Assembly (NCBI GenBank): GCA_018652685.1 | Contig: JABIBQ010000080.1 | Location: 8,357 to 72,356 of the forward strand | Origin: Candidatus Bathyarchaeota archaeon | GTDB lineage: Archaea > Thermoproteota > Bathyarchaeia > TCS64 | Reading direction: 5' to 3' | Length of the DNA: 64,000 nucleotides | In this document: positions 1 to 7,987 of the stretch, piece after piece | How the letters are laid out: each line of letters starts with the position of its first letter | Numbering within the stretch: position 1 is the stretch's first letter | The notes under the pieces: model-generated | What the model saw: only the letters and a program-made list of their open reading frames with translations | Database searches by the model: none | What the model was told of the DNA's origin: nothing | Position numbers and translations under genes: made by a program

Positions 1-3
1 GCG

Positions 4-828
4 ATGACAGTAGACCAGATCCCTATCGGCAGGTTCAGCGTCATAACAAGGCTAACCCAGAAAGCACTGAGATACTATGATACCAAGAAAATACTAGTCC
101 CAAAGGCAAAGGACGGCATCACCGGGTACAGGTACTACACCGGGAACCAGATACAGAGCGGAGTAAAGATCAAACTGCTCACGGGATTAGGCTTCAGCCT
201 AGACGAGATCAGGGAGTACTTGGACGCAGAAGAGTCGGGGAACAAGAGACTTGTCGAGAGGATTCTTGAGGAGAGGCGTATAGAGGCGGAGTCCCAGTTG
301 AACTCTCTCAGCAGGGTCGTGTCGTTGCTCAGGACAGACCAGACAGTGAAAAAAACGATGTCAGAACCAGTTATCAAGGAGACCCAGAAGCTTCGGGTCC
401 TGAGTAAGAGAGATTATGGGCGTTACGATGAGGCAATTGGACGCATGATCGGGGATATTATGAACGTGGTGATGTCACCCGAAAACCAGCGGAACTTTGT
501 TCGCATCACGGGTCCGTTTATGACTGTATACCACGGGGAGGAGGACGCGGAGAAAGGCGCGGATATAGAGGTGGCGGTACCTGTGACTGGTAAAGTCTAC
601 ATCGACGACCCGGAGGTTGAGATCCGAAACCTACAGCCAGCAAGGGTAGTGAGCACCGTGCATCAGGGGGCCTACGAGACAATCAGCCAAGCCTACGAGG
701 TAATATTCAGACACATAGCCGAGAAAGGATACGAGGTTGCGGGCCCAGTGATGGATATCTACCTAAATGACCCAAACCAGGTTGACCCGGACGATATCCT
801 GACGGAGATACAAGTCCAGATCAAGTAA
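4..828 (+). CDS. MerR-family transcriptional regulator with C-terminal GyrI-like effector-binding domain (BmrR-like)
   Basis: N-terminal IGRFSVITRLTQKALRYYD...TGYRYY MerR HTH; C-terminal HQGAYETISQAY...DIYLNDP...TEIQVQI GyrI-like motifs. Confidence 0.9.
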   Translation: MTVDQIPIGRFSVITRLTQKALRYYDTKKILVPKAKDGITGYRYYTGNQIQSGVKIKLLTGLGFSLDEIREYLDAEESGNKRLVERILEERRIEAESQLNSLSRVVSLLRTDQTVKKTMSEPVIKETQKLRVLSKRDYGRYDEAIGRMIGDIMNVVMSPENQRNFVRITGPFMTVYHGEEDAEKGADIEVAVPVTGKVYIDDPEVEIRNLQPARVVSTVHQGAYETISQAYEVIFRHIAEKGYEVAGPVMDIYLNDPNQVDPDDILTEIQVQIK

Positions 829-884
829 CTGTCCTCCATCGAACTCGTTTTAAGACTCCACCACCCCCCTTTTTACGGATTAAA

Positions 885-1343
885 ATGAACGAGAAAGCAT
901 CCATACTGGTCGAGCAGATAGAGTGGATCGTAAGCAGAGTTGAAAGCTCATGCAACGATCTTAGTGACGCGGAGTACAAATGGAAGCCAACTGAGGTTTC
1001 TACCAGCGTCCAGTGGCAGCTCATCCACATTAGCAGGATAATCAACGTTGCCCTACCCAGGCTCATCAAAGGGGTAACAGAGTACACTCCTGAAGGATGG
1101 GCGGAGGATTACCGCGACCAAGATTACCCCGTGGACAAGCTTCTATCAGATATCAAGAAGGGAAAGGAAGTTTCCATCAAGAAACTGAAGAAGGTATCCA
1201 ACGAGGCAATGGACGAGGAGATCCCACTCTGGGGAGGTACAAAACTCAGGAAAGAGGGTTTGTTCGCGTATATCGGTGAGATATACCACCACAGGGGACA
1301 GTTAACCTACATTAGGGGAACCTACAAGAGGCTAAACGAGTAG
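885..1343 (+). CDS. DinB/YfiT-superfamily protein (possible thiol S-transferase)
   Basis: 152 aa; WKP..SVQWQLIHI and EIYHHRGQL His motifs typical of DinB. Confidence 0.8.
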   Translation: MNEKASILVEQIEWIVSRVESSCNDLSDAEYKWKPTEVSTSVQWQLIHISRIINVALPRLIKGVTEYTPEGWAEDYRDQDYPVDKLLSDIKKGKEVSIKKLKKVSNEAMDEEIPLWGGTKLRKEGLFAYIGEIYHHRGQLTYIRGTYKRLNE

Positions 1344-1433
1344 CCCACCCACTTTTTTCAGGTTAAAAAACTTACCACAGGTTATAAATTAGTGAACTAG
1401 GGATTCAATAGTACCCAATTTTCGGTGATATAA

Positions 1434-1883
1434 ATGCCAAAAGTAGACAGAATAAAACACTTCGCAACTATGAGCCTAAACAGGCTCGATGGAACAACCA
1501 AGAACCTCACAGAGGATCAGCTAGATTGGAAGAGCTGCTCAGAAGCAAACACAATCAGGAACATCCTCGGCCACCTCATTGGAGAGTGGTACGGCTTCAT
1601 CCCAAAAATCGCTGCAGGCAGTAAAGACGCAGAGGTCGCGGGATACGCGGGAACAGAGGGCAAGAGCCTGGATGAGATCAAGGCAGACTATGAGGCAGGC
1701 AAAGCCAACCTCATGAAGACACTTGACGGAATAAGCGACGAGGACCTCGCCAAAGAGATGGAGTGGTTCATGGGCAAGCAGCCAACAGCCAGATATCTAA
1801 TGATGGGAGTATCCGAGATTCTCCACCACGAGGGCCAGATATCTGCAGTTCTAGGTGTCGAGAAGCGAATCAAGGGCGTTTAA
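1434..1883 (+). CDS. DinB/YfiT-superfamily protein (possible thiol S-transferase)
   Basis: 149 aa; NTIRNILGHL and EILHHEGQI motifs; same motif pattern as the preceding gene. Confidence 0.8.
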   Translation: MPKVDRIKHFATMSLNRLDGTTKNLTEDQLDWKSCSEANTIRNILGHLIGEWYGFIPKIAAGSKDAEVAGYAGTEGKSLDEIKADYEAGKANLMKTLDGISDEDLAKEMEWFMGKQPTARYLMMGVSEILHHEGQISAVLGVEKRIKGV

Positions 1884-1927
1884 GCCCAACCTATTTTTAT
1901 TCAGCCATCAAGGTTAATTGAACCATC

Positions 1928-3034
1928 TTGAAGATTGGAGTCACATGTTACCCCACTGTGGGGGGAAGCGGTATTCTAGGCACAAGACTAGGTGTAGAGT
2001 TCGCCAAGAGAGGACATAGAACACATTTCATTACTCTGGAGACACCTTTTGCGCTCCAGGGAATAGACTATGACTTCGTTAAGGTGCACAGGGTCTCAGT
2101 GGTAGAGTACCCCCTGTTCAAGTACCCACCATACACTGTCGCTCTAGCAACAGAGATGTCGGATGTTACAGATAGTGCAGAACTTGACCTGCTCCACGTA
2201 CACTACAGCCTGCCACACGCAACGGCGGCACAGCTGGCTAGAGAGGTCACGGGCAAGCCATACGTGACCACCCTGCACGGCTCGGATGTCACTATACTGG
2301 GGAACGACCCAGCGTACGAGAGAGTGAATACAATGAGCGTGGAGGCGTCAGACGCCATTACGGCGGTATCCAAGTTCATGGCAGACGAAGCCCATAACAA
2401 CCTGGGCATCGAGAAGAAGATTCATGTCATACCCAACTTTGTGGACAACGAAAAATACCAACCTGCCCCCTGCGAGCTGATAGAGGCTAGGACGGAGGAG
2501 GCCATCACACTCATCCACGTCAGCAACTTCCGTCCGGTGAAGCGGGTGGAGGACATCGTGTACTCCATGTGCGTCATAACAAAGAAGGTACCCAACGCCA
2601 AGCTTATCATAGTTGGCGATGGACCAGACAGGCGCAGGGTTGAGAGACTAATAGACAAACTAGGGCTCAAAAAGAACATCAGGATGATGGGTTTCAGGAG
2701 CGATGTCCCTGATATCCTGAGGTGCGCAGACGCCCTAATTATGGCAAGTGAGACCGAAAGCGCCCCGCTTACGATACTGGAGGGCATGAGCAGCGGGTTA
2801 CCGATTATCGCCACGGATGTCGGAGGCATACCTGAGCAAGTGGAGGACGGGGTCAACGGTTTCCTTGTGCCAGTGAAAAGACCAGACGAAATCGCAGAGG
2901 CCGTGCTGAAGCTCAACGCCGATATCAATCTCCAGACGAAGATGGGTGAGAACTCACGGAAGACCGTGCTCGAAAGGTACACCGTTGACAGGGTACTTGA
3001 CCAGTACATGAAGATCTACGAGTCGGTCATCTAA
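1928..3034 (+). CDS. bshA: N-acetyl-alpha-D-glucosaminyl L-malate synthase (GT4 glycosyltransferase)
   Basis: BshA signatures MKIGVTCYPTVGGSG, YPLFKYPPY, HVHYSLPHA, TTLHGSDVT, HVSNFRPVKRV; GT4 EX7E (ESAPLTILE); TTG start. Confidence 0.9.
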   Translation: MKIGVTCYPTVGGSGILGTRLGVEFAKRGHRTHFITLETPFALQGIDYDFVKVHRVSVVEYPLFKYPPYTVALATEMSDVTDSAELDLLHVHYSLPHATAAQLAREVTGKPYVTTLHGSDVTILGNDPAYERVNTMSVEASDAITAVSKFMADEAHNNLGIEKKIHVIPNFVDNEKYQPAPCELIEARTEEAITLIHVSNFRPVKRVEDIVYSMCVITKKVPNAKLIIVGDGPDRRRVERLIDKLGLKKNIRMMGFRSDVPDILRCADALIMASETESAPLTILEGMSSGLPIIATDVGGIPEQVEDGVNGFLVPVKRPDEIAEAVLKLNADINLQTKMGENSRKTVLERYTVDRVLDQYMKIYESVI

Positions 3035-3072
3035 CCTAACTAATTATATTCACCCAAATACATGAAGGGGCT

Positions 3073-3660
3073 ATGTCTGATAAGCCAGCATACTACGATA
3101 AAAGAGCGGATTTCTGGAAAAAGTACTGGGATATGGCTCTAACATACGACGATTTCATGAAGATTGACACTGAGAACGCCCCCCGTTGGCACGATTTTAT
3201 GGCGAGAGTCCCGGACCTCAACGACGAGCAGAAGGCAAGACTGCAGGACTACAACAGGATCGTGAAAGTCCTGGTGTACGCTGGTGTCTGGTGCGGTGAC
3301 TGCGTAAGGCAGGGACCTTTATTCAAGAAAATCGCGGATTTCGTCGATGACGTCGAGATCAGGTTCATTGACAGGGACACCAGCGACGAGCTACAGGACG
3401 AGGTCAGGATCCTAGGAGCCACACGTGTACCAATAGTCGTGTTCCTCACAGAGGACTACTGGGAGGTAGGCAGGGAAGGAGACAGGCTCCTCCCGGTCTA
3501 CAGGGCGAAGGCTGCACGTGAGATAGGAAGGGGACAGTCATCAGGTGTGTTGAGCCCCAAGGCTATCGAGGACCAGCTTGACCTCTGGGTGGATATCTTT
3601 GAGAGGGCCATAATAATGACCAAACTCTCCCCGCCCCTGCGAAAGAGGCACAACGACTAG
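3073..3660 (+). CDS. Thioredoxin-family protein (WCGDC)
   Basis: GVWCGDC active site and cis-Pro motif TRVP; co-oriented 38 bp after bshA. Confidence 0.8.
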   Translation: MSDKPAYYDKRADFWKKYWDMALTYDDFMKIDTENAPRWHDFMARVPDLNDEQKARLQDYNRIVKVLVYAGVWCGDCVRQGPLFKKIADFVDDVEIRFIDRDTSDELQDEVRILGATRVPIVVFLTEDYWEVGREGDRLLPVYRAKAAREIGRGQSSGVLSPKAIEDQLDLWVDIFERAIIMTKLSPPLRKRHND

Positions 3661-5411
3661 GTCACGTTGATATAGTACATGGAGCTGTTCGGGGTGTACC
3701 TGTTGTACATCCTGAGATAGGCACCCATTACGTCCTTGGGACCAGTGGCGGCCGCGAGGTCTACCCACATCCAGTTCACTTCTTGTCCGAACTTCTCAGG
3801 GCTGAACCTACCGTAGCAGCATGACAGGTAGTGGTCTATGATCTGGGCCTCTCCCTGTTTCTTCTTCATGGCCTCGATTAGGGGCCTTCTGTCGCCGGGG
3901 TTCCTGAGCTGCTGCTTGATTTCAGCTACAGCGTCCTCATGGACCTTCAACTGCTCGATCAAACTCGTGTACGTTAAGGTAATACTCTCCTCGATACTTT
4001 CATGAGCCCTCCTGATTCCCTCCTCGTCGCCTGTGTTCCTTGCGACAACCCAGTCACTGAGGGTGTTGAAAACAGACTCGCTACTGATGATGGGGTATCC
4101 AGCCTTCTTTATGACGCTGGACTCCAACTCGTTCCAAGGAGTGTTGTAGAATGCCCTTGAGTACCTGAGGAACAGCGGGAATGGCAGTCCCACCCTCCTC
4201 ACGGCGGGGATGACCTCGGCATAATAGCTAGTCTCACCAGGGCCACCGATGTGGCCCACAATGGGGAAGACCGAGTCGGTAATGACCTGCCTGGAGTCCA
4301 CTCTCGGGGTGATCCAGTTAATGATCTCTGATACGTCTGGGTTCTCGGCGTTGACGCTGAAGCTGTACTCTTCCTCGCAGATGGGGCACTTGCCAAGGAG
4401 GTCAGCCGTAGATGAGCCCTCTTTCCTATGATATTTCAACTCGACCCTGATGCGACCGCACTTGGGGTTCATGCATTCAAGGAAGAACGGAACATAATCA
4501 GCGGTCCTCGCTCCGATCCCGGGCTTGTGGCCTGATGCGTCCACCATTGCTTGGGCCTCGTTGCTGGCCTCGATGAACCTCGTCCTAGTGGGCTCCCTGA
4601 GAAGAAGCTCAAAGCCGTTCTGGAACAGAGGCCGCGTCTCTGGCATACTGAACCAAAAGATGGGGAGACCGATATCTGCCTCAAGGTTGGTCAGCGAGCC
4701 GATGATCTTGGTGCTAAACGTGGATACGTTGTCGGTTGAGTAGTACGCGTTCCTGATGATTGAGTATATGTGGTCAAGGTTCTTCTGGACAAGGTCCCTC
4801 TTCTCAGAGGAAAGCTCCTTGAGAATCCCACGGTAGTTGCTGTCGATCTTGTCCATGGTTTTCCTGAACCAGCTCTCACCCGGCAGCTTGACCTCGTATA
4901 TGGAGAGGTTGTTCTGGGTCGGCTGGATCGGGTAGTTCATGTGCAGCCCCTTGGAGCTCGGACTCGGCAGCCTCATGTTGGTTAGCTCGGGCTGGACCCC
5001 ATCGTAGTCCGCGACATAGTAGAGGGGGACGATTTTCTCGTCCATTCCAGCTAAAGATACCGCATACGCTATTTTGTTGAGGACAAGGCTAGGTCCGCCC
5101 ATGAAGTTTGGCTGCTGGCCGGCCTCGACGACGCCGTTGTGCATCCCGTCGATAGCCTCCACGGTCTTTCCCGTCAAAAGCCCCATGCGCCTCATGTTGT
5201 TCTTCATGTGGGCCTTGAGGGACTCCAGCTCGTCGATTGTTTCACCGTACTCACTCCGGACCTTCGGCATCAGGTCGGCGGCCTCCCCCATGGTGTGAGA
5301 GATGTGCCCCCAGAGCTCAGTGGCTAACCCCGATGTTTTCCGTTCAATTACATGGTTTGAGTATATGTTATGCGCCGCTGGCCTGTTGTCCTGTTCGCTC
5401 AAAATATGCAC
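3657..5411 (-). CDS. bshC: Bacillithiol biosynthesis cysteine-adding enzyme BshC homologue
   Basis: 584 aa; AGQQPNFMGGPSLVLNK, ADYDG, HIGGPGETSYYA, C-terminal coiled coil then GQE, matching the order of BshC motifs; adjacent to bshA. Confidence 0.8.
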   Translation of the reverse strand: MHILSEQDNRPAAHNIYSNHVIERKTSGLATELWGHISHTMGEAADLMPKVRSEYGETIDELESLKAHMKNNMRRMGLLTGKTVEAIDGMHNGVVEAGQQPNFMGGPSLVLNKIAYAVSLAGMDEKIVPLYYVADYDGVQPELTNMRLPSPSSKGLHMNYPIQPTQNNLSIYEVKLPGESWFRKTMDKIDSNYRGILKELSSEKRDLVQKNLDHIYSIIRNAYYSTDNVSTFSTKIIGSLTNLEADIGLPIFWFSMPETRPLFQNGFELLLREPTRTRFIEASNEAQAMVDASGHKPGIGARTADYVPFFLECMNPKCGRIRVELKYHRKEGSSTADLLGKCPICEEEYSFSVNAENPDVSEIINWITPRVDSRQVITDSVFPIVGHIGGPGETSYYAEVIPAVRRVGLPFPLFLRYSRAFYNTPWNELESSVIKKAGYPIISSESVFNTLSDWVVARNTGDEEGIRRAHESIEESITLTYTSLIEQLKVHEDAVAEIKQQLRNPGDRRPLIEAMKKKQGEAQIIDHYLSCCYGRFSPEKFGQEVNWMWVDLAAATGPKDVMGAYLRMYNRYTPNSSMYYINVT

Positions 5412-5459
5412 CTAGACATTATGGGGTAAACTCGGCAGGGGATTATTAAAACAATTAGC

Positions 5460-6404
5460 CTAGAGCCTCAACAGCTTAGCGGCGTTGTCGTGGAAAATCA
5501 TCCTGATCTCCTCCTCCCTGAGGCCTAACTCGTAGCAGGTCTTCAGCTGCTCCCTCAAGTATTCAACAGAGAAACCCCTGGGGAAGTAGCTACTATCAGT
5601 GCCGAACAGAAGCCTCTCGGGACCCATGGTCTCCATGGCCTTCCTGAAAAGCTTCTTCAGGTCCAGGTCGTAGGGCATCCACCTCATCCACTGGTTTGAG
5701 CCCGATGTGTCGACATAGACGTTGGGGCACTGCCAGCAGAGCTGCAACAGCTCCCTCCAGTAGCAGGCGCCGAAGTGAGGGACTATTAGTTTCAAGGTCG
5801 GAAAATCGCTGAGGACCTTCCAGAACGTGAGGGGGTTCAGATTTCTCAAATCGTATGCGGGTCCGCCGCCTCCCCCCAGGACGCCGAAGTGGGCTAGCAC
5901 CGGGATCTGTAGCTTCTCTGCCACCTCCCAGACGGGGTAAGCCTCCTTACTATCAATGGGCTTCGACTGGCCTGATGCGATGAGCTTGTACCCCTTGAGG
6001 CCCAGCTGCGTGACCGCCCTTTCTAACTCCTCGGCAGCATCCTCCCCGAACAGTGGATGATGTGCAAACCCGGTGAACCGCTCGGGGTGCATCTTGATTA
6101 TCTCGGCTAGATTGTCGTTGCCCCCACCCATCATGAAGTTGACTCGTTCAAGCCCTTTGGCATCCATATCATCAACCCAACGCTGAGCCTGCTCGTGGTC
6201 ATTGTGGATGACGCCATCCTCCGGGGGCTCAAAGGCCCACATGCGCCTCCACTTGTTCCTGTACATGCGCGAGTTCTCAAGGATGATGTCGGCCCTCTCC
6301 TCGCCGTACCTGTCAACCAGTCGTTTCCTTCTGCCGCGACCTCCTGGCCTCTGGACGGGGAAGTGACTGTGAAAATCGATTACTTTGAGTCCGTAGAGGT
6401 TCAT
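5460..6404 (-). CDS. Amidohydrolase_2-family metal-dependent hydrolase/decarboxylase
   Basis: IDFHSH, LKGYKL, AHFG, PHFG, YVDTSG, LLFGTDS motifs. Confidence 0.85.
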   Translation of the reverse strand: MNLYGLKVIDFHSHFPVQRPGGRGRRKRLVDRYGEERADIILENSRMYRNKWRRMWAFEPPEDGVIHNDHEQAQRWVDDMDAKGLERVNFMMGGGNDNLAEIIKMHPERFTGFAHHPLFGEDAAEELERAVTQLGLKGYKLIASGQSKPIDSKEAYPVWEVAEKLQIPVLAHFGVLGGGGGPAYDLRNLNPLTFWKVLSDFPTLKLIVPHFGACYWRELLQLCWQCPNVYVDTSGSNQWMRWMPYDLDLKKLFRKAMETMGPERLLFGTDSSYFPRGFSVEYLREQLKTCYELGLREEEIRMIFHDNAAKLLRL

Positions 6405-6452
6405 GAATACACCTTTCGGAATGTAAAGGCACGAGGCTAGTTATGAATATCG

Positions 6453-7112
6453 TTAAACCAGGAGGGCTGTCGCCTTCTCCAAGTAGAATGGCCCGTCCCT
6501 TGGCAGGGACTCCTCGATGAACGCCTCCGCCAGCTCCACGTCGCACTGCACACCTCTCAGTTCCGCCTTCTTCCTGTTGACCCTCGGGTAGTAGCCCCAC
6601 GGGAACTTGGCGAGCTGGGTGGAATACTGGTTGATAGCCTTTTCCTTTGCATCGTACGAGTTGGTTACATCCACTAGAATGCTAGGGCTCGGGATCAGAG
6701 TGTTGACCTCCATCAGGAGCAGCCGCTCAACTAACCAAGCATCCTCGTACATTGTCGTATGGGCTGCCCACTCTATTGCCTCCTTGACAACCCCGTAGCA
6801 AGATTTGTGTTCCCTGTGATAATCGAATGGCAAGTGAGTGATGATAGTCCCTGGCCTGAAGTCATCGATGTAATCGGCTAACTCCCTGATCAGCTCGGGA
6901 CTTACCTGGATGTCGTCCCTCTCAAGAATATCAGCATCAACATCCAGCGACTGGACGGCGTTGAAGAACTCGTCTCTCCTGTTCCTGGGGTTGCAGGTAA
7001 GGCATAGTACCCGCACCTCCTTGCCTGCGCTGGCATGCTTCGCCAGAGTCCCTCCGCAACCGAAGGTCTCGTCGTCCGGGTGGGAAACGATGGCAAGTAA
7101 ACCGCCTGTCAT
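6453..7112 (-). CDS. bshB: PIG-L family de-N-acetylase, BshB1-like
   Basis: SHPDDETFGCGGT, DYHREH, YSTQ, AEAF motifs; start placed at ATG 7112 (ORF track starts at 7145); bshB name rests on context with bshA/bshC. Confidence 0.75.
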   Translation of the reverse strand: MTGGLLAIVSHPDDETFGCGGTLAKHASAGKEVRVLCLTCNPRNRRDEFFNAVQSLDVDADILERDDIQVSPELIRELADYIDDFRPGTIITHLPFDYHREHKSCYGVVKEAIEWAAHTTMYEDAWLVERLLLMEVNTLIPSPSILVDVTNSYDAKEKAINQYSTQLAKFPWGYYPRVNRKKAELRGVQCDVELAEAFIEESLPRDGPFYLEKATALLV

Positions 7113-7469
7113 GGATGAAGAGACGGCGGATACCGTATAAAACATTGCAGAAAGGACGCTCTTGGAGGGGATTGGGTAGTATCGGGCGGCGGTATAATGA
7201 CGACGAAATGGGTTTTGATTAGTTCAGGTTAAGGCACGGAGCTATAGCTTGATTCGTTGTTCTTAGACCGCGTTAGCCCCTAGCGTTTTCCATGATACAG
7301 AACAGCAGTCTATAGCATTAATATATATAATAACATGTCGAATTAAACAACATAGTTATTTTGAAGCATCAAAAATAGAGCGGTATTCTATATGACTGAT
7401 AACTTATGTATGTGCATATTCCTTTTATTACTAAAATCGAGCAAGATGATAAGGAGGCAAAGAGTAAGA

Positions 7470-7934
7470 ATGAATTATCAAGAAAGAAAAGCTGTGAGCC
7501 CAGTGATAGCCACAGTAATACTTGTAGCAGTTGCGATCACCGTCTCGGTAGGAGTTTCTTACTGGATGGGCGGAATTAGCAGCCAGTACACCCAGTTCGA
7601 GAAAATTGAGGTCCAAACAGGATTCGCGACCGCCGTTGCCGGTGGTTGGGATGTCACTATGACCGTCAAGAACAGTGGTTCAGCTGACGCAACAATTACA
7701 CACGTATTCGTCAACGATGTTCCTGTAACCAATCTTGCGGCATCAGCGGTCGTCGCAGGAGAAACAGGGGCAGATGTTCCTGCAACCGGACTTGGTCTAA
7801 CTGCAGGAGAGGCTGGAACGGTAATGGTCTACATCTCATCAAGCTATGGATCGTTGTCAGCGGGTACGACTGTAAACATAAAGCTACACAGCGCAGGCGG
7901 AATGGATTACATCAAGCTAATCAAGCTACCCTAA
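7470..7934 (+). CDS. Archaeal type IV pilin (class III signal peptide), probable major pilin
   Basis: ERKA|VSPVIATVILVAVAITV; AGGAGG at 7452-7457; start 7470 or 7446 more likely than 7392. Confidence 0.9.
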   Translation: MNYQERKAVSPVIATVILVAVAITVSVGVSYWMGGISSQYTQFEKIEVQTGFATAVAGGWDVTMTVKNSGSADATITHVFVNDVPVTNLAASAVVAGETGADVPATGLGLTAGEAGTVMVYISSSYGSLSAGTTVNIKLHSAGGMDYIKLIKLP

Positions 7935-7987
7935 TCCAAATTCCTCCCCATTTTTAAAATTTCAATATTTTCTTGGAGGTTTGACCA

